Assembly (NCBI RefSeq): GCF_009914755.1
Contig: NC_060945.1
Direction: 5' to 3' (one strand)
Length of the DNA stretch: 64,000 nucleotides
Source: the human T2T-CHM13v2.0 reference genome, Homo sapiens
Part shown: one piece after another, positions 40,250-53,335 of the stretch
Position numbering within the stretch: the first letter of the stretch is position 1
Layout: the number at the start of each line of letters is the position of its first letter
Made by a program: the position numbers and the translations under genes
Notes under the pieces: model-generated
The model's database searches: none
Told to the model about the DNA's origin: nothing
Seen by the model: only the letters and a program-made list of their open reading frames with translations

Positions 40250-41378
40250 TAAAGTCTATTCATTTACTATCTTGGGGGTAAATTAGTGTTGCTGCTGGAA
40301 CCCTGACAATTTTCAAGTGAGGGAACGTGGAGAAATACAAATATATTTTTATATGTTTTACACATAAAATATATAATAATTATACTTTTATTATTATATT
40401 ATATATATTTATCCTAAAATAGATAAATGTTATATACATTTATGTTTTTATACATAAAATAAATATATGTTATATACATTTATGTTTTTATAAATAAAAT
40501 AAATATATGTTATATACATTTGTTTCTATAAAATAAATATGTTATATACATTTATGTTTTTATAAATTAAATATATGTTATATACATTGTGTTTTTATAA
40601 ATAAAATAAATATATGTTACATACTTTTTTTATAAATAAAATAAATATGTTATATACATTTATGTTTTTATAAATAAAATAAATATATGCTATATACATT
40701 TGTTTTTATAAATAAAATAAATGTTATATACATTTATGTTTTTATAAATAAAATAAATATGTGTTATATATTTATGTTTTTATAAAATAAATATGTGTTA
40801 TATATTTGTTTTTATAAATAAAATAAATATGTGTTATATATTCATGTTTTTATAAATAAAATAAATATGTGTTATATATTCATGTTTTTATAAATAAAAT
40901 AAATATGTGTTATACATGTTTTTATAAATAAAATAAATGTGTTATATATTTGTTTTTATAAATAAAATAAATATGTGTTATATATTTATGTTTTTATAAA
41001 ATAAATATGTGTTATATATTTATGTTTTTATAAGTAAAATTAATATGTGTTATATATTTATGTTTTTATAAATAAAATAAATACGTGTTATATATTTATG
41101 TTTTTATAAATAAAATAAATACGTGTTATATATTTATGTTTTTATAAATAAATACGTGTTATATATTTATGTTTTTATAAATAAAATAAATACGTGTTAT
41201 ATATTTATGTTTTTATAAATAAAATAAATATGTGTTATATATTTATGTTTTTATAAATAAAATAAATATATGTTATATATATTTATATATATATTTCAAT
41301 TTTCTCACTTGTAAATTGTCAGGGTTCCAGCAACAAAAATAATTTACCCTCCAGATTTCAAATGAATAGACTTTAATG
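40247..41378. repeat. Inverted repeat with 75-bp arms (40247-40321 and 41304-41378) and an AT-rich spacer
   Basis: Manual ungapped alignment of the left arm with the reverse complement of the right arm gives 66/75 identity. Confidence 0.93.
40425..41292. repeat. AT-rich minisatellite, ~33-40 bp unit (GTGTTATATATTTATGTTTTTATAAATAAAATAAATAY), about 23 copies
   Basis: Tandem units read directly. Variants cluster along the array. Confidence 0.95.
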
Positions 41379-41765
41379 AAGGAACAATGGATAGAAGAGT
41401 TGGCAGGATTAAGGAAACAAAAAAGGGCAGGTTAGGCACCAGAGACTAGCAACAGAGGGAAGGCATTACCCCTCTAGAGCTGAAAGGGTAAGAGGAAGAA
41501 AGAATTTGCTGAAAGCTGGACCTTGGGTGGAGCCTCCTCACAGGACCTGTGGTCAGAGAGGGACACAGCTATCTCCAGACAGGCGGCACTGAAGCAGTGA
41601 GGGGGCAAGAAAGACTCTGATCTCCCTCTCCTCCTACTCTCCAATTTCTTGTCCAGTGAGTCAGGATTCAATTGGTAGAACCCAAACAGAGTTGGCTAGG
41701 AATAGAGCATGGCAAGGCAGAGAAGAGGAGAGAATGGGTCTTCCAGGGAGCGGGGTGTGGGGAGG
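41310..41765 (-). mobile_element. Old ERVL LTR (LTR33/LTR41/LTR50-like)
   Basis: TGTAAATTGTCAGGGTTCCAGCA...GACTTTAATGAAGG...GGCAGGATTAAGGAAAC...CCAGAGACTAGCAACAG. Confidence 0.65.
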
Positions 41766-41768
41766 GGA

Positions 41769-42024
41769 GCCACTTCGGGAAGCTGAGATGGGAGGATCGC
41801 TTAAGCTAAGAAGTTGGAGACCAGCCTGGGCAACATGGCAAAACCCCATTTCTACAAAAATATTTTATGAAATTAGCTGGGCATGGTGGCACGCACCTGT
41901 AGTCCCAGCTACTTGGGAGGCTAAGGTGGAAGGATCGCTTGAGCCTGTGGGAGGTCGAGGTGCAGTGAGCTGTGACTGCGTCACTGCACTCCAGCCTGAG
42001 TGACAGAGAGAGACCCTGTCTCAG

Positions 42025-42050
<26 letters not shown>
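41769..42050 (+). mobile_element. AluJ, 5'-truncated, with A tail followed by (AT)n to 42071
   Basis: GGAGGATCGCTT, GCAGTGAGCTGTGA and GACCCTGTCTC diagnostics. Confidence 0.92.
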
Positions 42051-42067
<17 letters not shown>

Positions 42068-42639
42068 TATAGAGCATAGCGTGGTTCTCCTAAGACTCAA
42101 GCTACATATTCATACTGGTTTTCAACTTTCATAAAAGATTCCGTGTGATTTCACTTCTTATCTACTAATACACCATATCCAATTAATACCAAATTATGTC
42201 TTATCTAATATTATTATTTTCCCTGGCCCCAAGTCTTTCTTACGTATTATTTAGTTACACTGGCAATCACCCAGAATTTAGTTGCGCTTCCTTTATTCTG
42301 TATCACTTTTATCAATCATGTACCCCAAACTCAATTTTAATCAATTAATAATGACACATACATCCATTTACATACAAAATATAGACAACGATTTTTATAA
42401 AAGAATCTATATATGTTCAATAGGTTTGGGGCTAAATATTATTCTCTTTTATACCTATCAGATTGCATTCATTGTAATTCTATGTACATAAAATACGTTC
42501 AATAGCTTCTTTTTCTTGTAAATTTTCATCTTTTTAAGACACAAAACAGTAGACTTATCTATCACTGTCCTATATATTATGGTCAAAGAGAGAAAAGGGC
42601 ATATTATTCTGCTTAGAAAGGAGTTAACCATAGCAGTCA

Positions 42640-43228
42640 TATATGGAGTTATCTGTCCAGGACCCTCATCTGGGAAGTGCCTGTGTTCCTCACTCCATTT
42701 GTGCGGTTATCACAGAAGGTGTCCTATGGCCACAGTTAATTGGCTCAACAGTAGACATTAGACCTAAGATGACCTCATCACAGTCCCTTCCCCAGACTTC
42801 ATTTCCTAGCTAAAGCATATAAGTCCAGGCTGGGCACCTGATTCAAACGGAAAAAACTGGAATTCACCTTTGGGAATATTGCATCTAGAAGTGAGAAGTA
42901 TACATTGGGTCTCTGAACTGTGATGTATGAAACTAAAAGGTCAACTATCAGTAACTGAATTTCCAGTCATGTAGAACAGAAAAGGGGAAAAAGTAAGAGA
43001 AAGAAAAAAAAGTGAGTGTGTGTGTGTATGTATGTGTGTGTGTGTGTGTGTGTGTGCAAGTAACAGAAGTGGGAGCCATGTAGATTCTTAATGGTGCTGG
43101 AGTCTGTGTTTCTAATGGTACCTCAAGTCCAGCTACATTTCTACCTTTGAGTCTTCTAAATCTTCCACCTTGCTCAAATTAGTTTGAATTGGATTCTGTT
43201 ATATATAAGCCAGTGGGTTCTTATGAAT
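42640..43228 (+). mobile_element. LTR16-like ERVL LTR containing (TG)n at 43012-43056
   Basis: TGGCCACAGTTAATTGGCTCA, GGGCACCTGA, CTTGCTCAAATTAGTTTGAATTGGATTCTGTTA. Confidence 0.6.
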
Positions 43229-43754
43229 AAAATTCCTACCATCTAAACTTATCAAATGCAAGGTTAAGCCTCAAAAAGGTCGGTGCACTTGTCAGAAACA
43301 TGTAGAAAGTAACTTATGAAAGAAAAATGAACTTATGAAAAGAAAAAAATCACACATTAATTTCTTGTCAATGAATCTGACTGGCTAATTTTCCATTTCT
43401 AGGATGTTGTCTTCAGTGGCAGGAAGGTTTAAACCCATCGTTCCCATTAGAGTTTACACTAGGAGCAATAATGAACCTTAAATGATTCTTAAACATGGAA
43501 TCTAAGTGGAGTCAAGAACAGAATTATATTGAATCTTCATTTTAAAAGCTACGTGAGCCATATTTATTCTTTTAAAATGGAGCAAATATGTTCTGAAACC
43601 CAAAAAGAGGTGAGTTACTTAAGCAAGCCCAACATTAGGCCGGTAGTATCATTTCAGATGCTCATAGCCATCATAGGGACATAGAAGATATTCCAAAGTG
43701 ATTTCTATCAATCCTAGTTTCCATTTCTCACCTGAACTTTCTACTCTCTCTTTG

Positions 43755-44003
43755 TAGACTTTGACTTTGGGTTGTGGAGGCAGACTGCTGGGTTTCCAAT
43801 CTCCAGTCTGCCACTTACTATCTGTGGGACCTTGAGTGAATTACTTAGCATCTCTGTGCCTCAGTTTCTTGGTCTGTAAAATAATATGAAAACAGGGCCC
43901 CCACAAGTGGTAGCTGAGAATAGTAAATGAGTTAATAGATGTAAAGGAATTGGAAGAAAACCTGGCAGATAATGAGCACTCGACAATGTTAGCTCTTATT
44001 ATT
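43755..44003 (+). mobile_element. MIR, near full length
   Basis: CTGCCACTTACTATCTGTGGGACCTTGAG...TCTCTGTGCCTCAGTTTC...TGTTAGCTCTTATTATT. Confidence 0.9.
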
Positions 44004-45267
44004 TAGAGGCCATGAATCCCTTAATTTTGCAGCTTCAAATAAAGCACTCACACAGACACAAACTTGCTGGTGATTTAAATAAGGAAACATAAATCAAAGG
44101 TAAATTTTAATTAAATCAGTTAATGGCACATGGATCAGTTGGGAAATGAGTTTACTTCAGAAATTATTTCTAAGAGTGTTCCTCATAAAACAATATGACC
44201 ACATTAGATATATAGTTAAGGGAAACATTAAAAATATATAATGTGTAACCTTTCAATTTTCACTTAACAGCTGCCTTTATATTATTATTATTCAAAGTGA
44301 TTTTTAGATAAGGGGACTTATGAATGATTTTCTCAAAAAAAATCGATACCAGTTTGATCAGTCTTGAGGATACTGGGTCATAGCAACTACCAGTACTCAG
44401 ACATTGGGGAATTGTTCAGGGAAAAGGCAGCAACTTTGAAGTATCCTCAAGAATAAGAAGGGCATGTTGAAACAATTAATCATAAACAAGTCATTCAAAT
44501 TAAAAGTGTATTCTTAAATAGTTTCTTGATTAAGAACAAATGCCTCATTAATCTGGAACATATTGACTTGAGAACACAAGTAAAGTCAAAGAGAGTAATG
44601 ACTGACATGACGTGGAACACAGCATGCTGTGTGTTCCCATCACAAAAGCTTTGGAGGAACAGATTCCACAGAAGGTCACTGGAGACAGTGAACTGAAGAG
44701 AAAACCCAGCATCACCCAATGACGCAAAGGTAAATTTTTAAAAATCTAGATTACAGAGAACATTGGGTACCAGTAGCACTGACACTATTTCCATCTATAG
44801 ATTCTGAGTTCATTTCATTTATTTCAGGCATGCAAATAAGTCTAAACCCAAGATCTAAAAAATAAAAAATAAAGATATATCTAAAAGAAATAGGCATCTA
44901 ATTTTAAAGAAACTTACTGTCCTCCCCCGACTCCCACTTCCCAAGTGTTAGTTAAGAATGTGACTAGAAGTTAAAAACCAACGAAAATAGCTTTGAAGAA
45001 AATTCTAGTATAATTATTAGATGATACTAGATTGGATATTCTTTGGATCACACTAAAGCTACATTTCTTAAAGGAGTATATATAGTACCTAGTAAATATA
45101 ATAATAAATGTGAGATGTGCATAAAAATCACACACATAATTTTTAAAAACCGATCAGACATTAAATGCCCATAGGAGGATGACTCTGCAGTTTTTAAAGA
45201 TTAAATCTGGTTTTGGAATAGTCGTCAAAATATGTGTCATATTCTGAAAGGCTTTATAATTTCATCT

Positions 45268-45382
45268 TCTAGAAGGTAAGCTTCATGAGGAAAGGAACTT
45301 TTTCCCATCTTGACCACTACTATATCCTCAGAACAGTGCTTAGGACATAATAGATACTCCATATGTATTTAATGAATAAGTA
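45268..45382 (+). mobile_element. L2 3' end
   Basis: CTAGAAGGTAAGCTTCATGAGG...AGAACAGTGCTTAGGACATAATAGATACTC. Confidence 0.7.
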
Positions 45383-46164
45383 ATTTCAACAGTGGCTGAA
45401 ATTCTAACCTGGATATATCTGTTGTGATTCTAGTTTTAACAATTGGCCTCAGGACTTTTTCTTGCAGTTGGCCCCTTATCCATGCCCCCTCACACCTTCC
45501 CTGTACTCAGCCCCTGTACTCAGCATGACTTCCACACAGATGTCTGCTTATAATGAAGAGAAAGAAAATCTCCATGAAAGATTATAAATGGTTGGGATGA
45601 ATATTATGTGCAAAGAATTTCCCAAATTCCATTATCTAAAGTATGGCACAAAAAATTACCATCATCTTTCCAATACTAGAATAAATTCTTCTGAAGACAA
45701 AATTTAACATAATTTATAGAGTCAGATTCTAGATATGACTATATTATTTTTACTTAAATAACATACTCATTTCAAACTTCAAGACAAGGAAAAGAGAATT
45801 TTTTTCTAGAAAGAAGAAAGCAGCGTAATGAGAAAGAAGGGAAAGTAGAGTTCTACCACTCTAAGTAGCTATAATCAGACTTTGTTTTCAGCAATGTTTA
45901 AACCTCATCACTCCCAAAGTTTTAATCTTGACAGCAGGATAGCAAAGGAAAATATTGGAACACAACCAGGACTAGAACATTTCTTATTTCTTAGATCTAC
46001 ACCCAGCTTGTGCTGGAATACAAATTACCATAGCCTCTGCTCATGAAAACAAATAATCCAGTTAGAGGTACAAGGCTAGCAAACAAGACACATAACTATA
46101 TACTGCCTTATATTCACTCATGTACTAAATTGTGTGGAACAATTCCTAAATGTTACACAGCCTA

Positions 46165-46272
46165 GAGATGAGAGGTAATTCTAGCATCTAGCACAGTGTC
46201 CAGCACATATTAGACATGCAATAAATACTTGATAAGTAAATGAAAGCTTGAATGAGAGAATGAATAAATAAG
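46165..46272 (+). mobile_element. L2 3' tail
   Basis: CTAGCACAGTGTCCAGCACATATTAG...AATAAATACTTG...TGAATGAATAAAT. Confidence 0.7.
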
Positions 46273-46451
46273 TGCTTTTAGAAGAGGTGAATCTTGTTTA
46301 GAATCCTGGAGAATGATGCTAAGCACTCGATTTGTATCTTCCACAAATGACATTTCAATGTTTCCTACCTCTCTGTCTTCTCCCACATGATAGAAACTGT
46401 ATCAACCTTGTGCAGAAAACAAAAGAGAAGCAAGAAAATCCAATTGTTTTC

Positions 46452-46542
46452 TTTTTTTTTTTTTTTTCTTTTTGAGACGGAGTCTCGCTCTGTAGCCCAG
46501 CCTGGAGTGCAGTGGCGCGATCTCAGCTCACTGCAAGCTCCG
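46452..46542 (-). mobile_element. Severely 5'-truncated AluY (about 70 bp plus tail)
   Basis: T tail, then GAGACGGAGTCTCGCTCTGT...CACTGCAAGCTCCG. TSD AGAAAA(T/C)CCAA(T/C)TGTTTTC. Confidence 0.9.
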
Positions 46543-46963
46543 AGAAAACCCAACTGTTTTCTTAATAATATTGGTAGTCTTGGAGACTTGACCCGAAAAA
46601 ATTATTCAATAGGGCTGATTGTCCATAGGTCTGTAGTTTATAATTAAATCTGTTTACAATGGGAATACTACATCATAATGCAACCAGTAACAAGCCCATC
46701 AGAGTTAAACACTTGCTAGAATTATCATTATAAATCCCTGGTTTCGATTATTCACAATTAGGTTGTAGAAGTTTTATTTTTTCTTTAAATATAATCATAA
46801 AGTTCTCATTTGGGATATATATATATCCTAGAAATTTTCTAACTATAATGTGTGCTGCTCTTAGGAATTTTCAAAGAAAACAATGAGAACAATTTTCAAG
46901 AAAAATGACTAAAACAAATTTTAAAAATTCTTAAAATCAATCCAAAGAAACTTTGCAAATCTC

Positions 46964-47276
<313 letters not shown>

Positions 47277-47419
47277 TCAATCTCTATATCAAGGTTTTCC
47301 CCCTAGAACTCATGTCTCTACAGTTCTTTTGAATTATTTCAGAATCTGTAAAACCCCATGAAATAAACTCATATAAGAGCAATTCACTGTGTCTAGGAAA
47401 CTGTATCCAGTAAGGGTCC

Positions 47420-47870
47420 TTGGCATACCAGGGAATATATTGGGCTTGGAATTAAGAAACTTGGGTTTACTTCTACTCCTAATTAACTGGTTAAACTTCA
47501 ACAGGACCCTTTCACTTTTCTGGGCCCCTTCCTTATTTATTGAATTAGGGTGTTGGAATGGATAATCCATAGGTTTTCCTAGCCTTAATTAAGGATGGGA
47601 GCCAGTTGTCAATACAGCATAGTTAGGTATTAGAAGCAATTATAATTAGAACTAAAATGCCTCTGCTCATATCTGAGTTCTCTTCTAGGTCTTGTCCCAG
47701 GCACATACTTTATTTCTCTACATAATGTTTTCCTCATCTATAAAAAGGGAGTGATAACAATACATATCCCATGAGAGTTCATCATGATTAAATGAAATAT
47801 AGCACATGAAGCACTCATCGTAGAATATGGCACCTATCAGTACTCAATGTTAGTTGGCAGTATTATGTAT
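47420..47870 (+). mobile_element. Two MIR fragments
   Basis: TTTTCCTCATCTATAAAAAGGG...GATTAAATGAAATA...TACTCAATGTTAG, with an upstream MIR3-like piece. Confidence 0.6.
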
Positions 47871-48201
47871 CTATAACTTTTTTCAGTTTTCAGAAAGGAC
47901 TGGGAGAATGAAGTCTTATCATTGGATGTCAAGAAATCCTTCAGCCAGTTATTAAATTTGTTTACAGCTGGCAGGCCTGCAACACCAATAATCAAAGTAT
48001 CCTTGTATAGGATTATTCAATAGGGCTGATTGTCCATAGGTCTATAGTTTATAATTAAGTCTACTTACAATGGGAATACCACATCATAATGCAACCAGTA
48101 ACAAGCCCATCAGAGTTAAATACTTGCTAGAATTCTCATTATAAATCCCTGGTGCAAACTCTTTTTTGCCTTTAATTCTTTTGAAGGGATCCCAGGTTTC
48201 A

Positions 48202-48671
<470 letters not shown>

Positions 48672-49229
48672 TCAGCAACATCTATATCTTGAAAATAGCC
48701 TTAACATGTAACATCAGAAGCAAGCAAAAGAAGAATTTGATCTACAAAACCTGGTTTTGGTAATCCATTCAAGTCAGCATTTTAATGGGGCTATGTACAT
48801 TTTCCGAAATGCTTGCCCACTTCTGGCCATGCTTCACTAATACCCAAGTCACCAAGCAGACAGCACTATCTAACCAACAACTGGGGCCCTCTGGTAACCA
48901 GTGTCCCTGTACCAGTAACACATGCTGCCAAAGTTCTAGGGCTTCAATCATGATAATAAAAATTAATAAAAAATTGAGCATCCCAGAGCAACACAGATAG
49001 TTTTATGAGGGAGACACAGGGCTAATTTAATAAGATGGAACTTATTAAATTCCAGGATGTAAAAACCCTGGATCCTATATTTCAAATTGTTTCTCAGTAT
49101 TGAGTGTTATCCAGCATGCATCAAGCATTTAAAGGGTGAGATGTGATTACCTTCTTTCTCAAAATGCAGAAAAGCCTTTGTTAAGGAAATCATTTCTACA
49201 ACCTTCTTGGTAATAGTAAGAAATTTAAG

Positions 49230-50105
49230 GTGTCTGTGCTTGTAGCCACTTCTGTCTAAAGAAGCATGTTGTGTGAAAGGTGATCCATCCCATTTCCTGG
49301 CCACAGCTGACTGGATGTGGGGAAAACAATGACCCACCAAATGGCTCATCCACAGATAAGACAGCAATCTGTGACTCCTGTGGCCTAGCCAATCAGATTC
49401 TCCCTCTTAGGAATCAGTTCTAAGAGATTCAAAGGGCTATGTCCAATGAACTGTTTTCCTTTCATGAAAGGAAAGTTTGAGGCTGAAGCCATGAAAAAAT
49501 CAGGATAGGTGCAGCCATCTGGGCTCTGTGAATAATGAATGAATCAGCAGAAGCAGTCAGTTAGGATAGAGAGAGTACTAGAAAAAAAGCAGATTAAGAG
49601 GAAACATCCAAGACCAGACACAGTGGCTCACACCTGTAATCCCAAACCTTTGGGAGGCCAAAGCAGGCAGACCATTTGAGCCCAGGAGTTGGAGACCAGC
49701 CTGGGCAACATGGCAAAACCCAATCTCCACTAAAAATACCAAAAAATTAGCTGGGCATGGTAGCCAGTGCCTGTAGTCCCAGCTACTCAGGAGGCTAAAG
49801 TAGAAGGATCACCTGAGCCTGGGAAGTTGAGGCTGCAGTGAGCTGTGATCCCACAACTGTATTCCAGCCTGAGCAAAAGATCAAGAGCATGTCTTAAAAC
49901 AAAACAAAACAAAGCAAAAATTAGAAAAACATAGCCCTTGAAAGAGACATCTTGAGAGATGAGTCAGTTTTGAGAGAAGGGCTGATTCAGTTCTGTAGGT
50001 TTGGTGTTCAGTTTGATCTGGATTCCTGTGAGACCTCGTTCTCTCACTTAAATTAAACTCCTTGAGCTGGCCTTCTTCCTTATGACTTAAAAAGCCCAAT
50101 TCAAA
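49230..50105 (+). mobile_element. LTR16-like ERVL LTR interrupted by AluJ
   Basis: CCTGGCCACAGCTGACTGG and GCCAATCAGATTCTCCCTCTTAGGAAT. Confidence 0.55.
49611..49920 (+). mobile_element. AluJb-like
   Basis: TTGAGCCCAGGAGTTGGAGACC and GAGGCTGCAGTGAGCTGTGATC. (CAAAA)n tail. Confidence 0.92.
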
Positions 50106-51933
50106 CACTTCTCTTTCAGTAATACATTCTTTTTTTCCACTGGAATTTGTTAGTATTGTCTTTCCAAAGCTTTGGATAACATAAACATTGGCTTAAAAGT
50201 CATTTTTTAAAATCATTTCAGCCATTTGGTGACCCTAAGAGAGTACACATACTTTTATAGGGTTTCACAGAAATTCCAAGACAAAGGATTAATGTATTGT
50301 TTCTGTGAGTTTCTATTCAATTCAAATTTTATAATTCAAAAATTTTAAGTTGTTATCAACCACAGTAAGAATTATAAGAATGCTATCTATAATTTTAAAG
50401 AGAATGTTTTGCGCTAACAACTGAAACATTTATTGAAAAGAAATTTTTATCGGTCTTATAGGGCTTTTGTGTGAATTTAGCAAAGTTAGCATGTATATAA
50501 GGCACAAGTACCATCGGAAAAGTTCTAAAAAGAATTAGTTATGTAGTTATTTCATATCCACAGTGCAAGGGCAAGGTTGAACAGAACTTTTCTCCATATA
50601 GTTGCTCAAACTGCCCAGTGATTTTCTTTCTTTCTTTTTTTTATAGTGCTTTGTTGAAATGGTTTAAGGGCTCCACTGACTGAAAGTTAACCCCCAGTAT
50701 GCATTGGCTGCTGAGTGTTTTTTGTTTTACTCACCGGCCCTTGAGTACCGTGTTTAATTTCCACACCACAGTAATGTGAATGATCTAGGTAATCTCACAT
50801 AATGGTTTGCTATAGGACACCCAAACCTTCATCCCAGGAATACTTGGAACAAGATGAAACAAGATGAGTCACTTGTGGTGAAGCCACACTAACCATGCTG
50901 CCAGGGTCTTACTGTACTTTGCTTCTGGAAGGCCTCATTAAGCAAAGGTGCCAAGTTACATGCTTGATGAGGAGATTGATTCTTGAGTCCTTGCTTACAA
51001 CCAGAGTATCTGGGTAAGAACCAAAGACCTCTGAGTGGAACCTATCAAAAGTCATGCATAAGAGAGCCACAGGGTAAGAAGAAGTGAAATTTGAAGGGGA
51101 CTTCCGGTGACCTCATCACCTATAAGAAAGAAAAGTCTAGTAGTTCTGTTCTTGGAATACTTGTTCTGTTAAGATTTAGCAAAACAGTTTGACCAATAGA
51201 TTTTTAAGGTTTCTTGCTGGTTCTTAAGCCATAAGACTGCAAACAAACTCTCCTAAGGTCAGACATGTTGAGGTATTTATGCTACAGTCAAAAGGGTTGC
51301 TTATGCCTTGCTTAATATACGCATAGAGAGATCGCAAATTACATCTATAATTTTCCATACAACAAATCAAATTTGGCCCATAAATAAAGAAGTCAACTTA
51401 TGAAAGTTACAAAAGAAATTTGTAAAGTTTTAGAACTACTAAAATTATTGGATCCAGAAAACCGAATGTAATTCCACACTGAGAATACTCGATGTATCAC
51501 GTGTTTCTGGCTTCAAATCATGTGTCACTGAAAACAAAGAAAGGAGGTTTTTAAAATTATGTTCCCGGTTGTAAATATTTGCAGATTGACATGATTTCTC
51601 TTTCTAGTTATTTTTTTCCATGTAATGGATGAAACACTATCTTTTTCCTTCTTTATTCATGAAACTCCAATGTCATCAAGCCTCAGTTTGTGACTGGAAT
51701 GAAGGCACATTAATATATGCCCACAAAGTTACAGACTTCTTTCTGCTCCCTGCTTCTAGAAAACCTTAGGATTGGAAGAGTTTCTCCCACCACCCAAGAA
51801 ATTCTGGCACGTTCCAGAGAATGACTTTGCTGGTGAAGAGACAGCTGGTTGTGCTGGTATGAATACGTCTGGTTTTTTGCCATGGTTCATGGGACATAAG
51901 GGGTCTAAGTCCACTGATCATGAAGAATATTAC

Positions 51934-52313
<380 letters not shown>

Positions 52314-53039
52314 TCAATCTTCCTTGCTGTGCACATGCTGGATTCCATCCAGAAATCAGAAAAAATATGTCTAGCTCCTGAATTCACAGGACTCAGAACT
52401 ATTCATTCACCCCTTCCAGGAAGTCAATACCATATTATCCTCTGCATTTCCTACATTCTCATCTCTCAGAGCCCTATCGGGCCTTCAGATATAAAATGTT
52501 CCCTTTCTCCTCTCTTCTTCCTTCTCCAAATGTAAATCAGGCATGCAAATATATGCCTGGGAGAATTGCCGAATCCATAAAGCTGTTCTCAGTTTAGGCT
52601 AAGCAGAGATCACAGTCTATATCTACATTTGCTCTGTTGGAACATGAGATTACAATAGTTAATAAAGATGAGATACAGAGTAACCTTTACACCTTAGGCT
52701 TTTGTATTTTTCAGTAAGAAGAATGTCACAGTTCTTCCTAGCTTGCCAAAGAAATTGAATAAAAATGTACTGAACTAGGAGTAAAACTTTGTGCTGGCTA
52801 GGTAAAATGACATGTGATATTGTTCACAGGAAATAATGGAAAACAGAAAGATTTTCCATCTTGTCAAGCAGATGGAATGGGCTTGGATAGAAAGAAGAGA
52901 GGAAAATGATAGAATAAACACCAGTTGTGAACTCTGCTAAGAGAACTGGTAGGTTTTATATATTAAAGAGATGGGCTAAAGTGGTTTATAAGAAAATGTA
53001 ATGTATTTTACTAGTGTAATTTTACGTCATCTGGTATTA

Positions 53040-53335
53040 TACATGGCATATAGAGTGCAAGAAATTTGCAAGTGGGAAAACTGAGGTTTTCAATAGAAAT
53101 ATTGAGTTGGCTCATGAGCCTGGATGCACTACAAAATAGTGAGATGACTCGGGAGCAACTCAGGCCGAGGAGTGACCCACTTGAAGACTGGCAAAGTGGG
53201 AGCTGAGACAGAAGACAGGAAAGTGGATGCTTGAATGAAGGTCACAACAGCCATAAAGAAAAGAAAAGGCAGAATATCTATTGAAAAATGACGACTCCAT
53301 TGACAGAAAGAGAAAATTAATTTAGAAGACAATTT
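53040..53335 (-). mobile_element. L2 remnant
   Basis: AAAATAGTGAGATGAC...GCTTGAATGAAGGTCACAACAG is degenerate reverse L2. Confidence 0.45.

Noticed and set aside
40425-41292. Regularly spaced ~38-bp repeats superficially like a CRISPR array
   Set aside because: No unique spacers, no cas genes, human context. It is a minisatellite.
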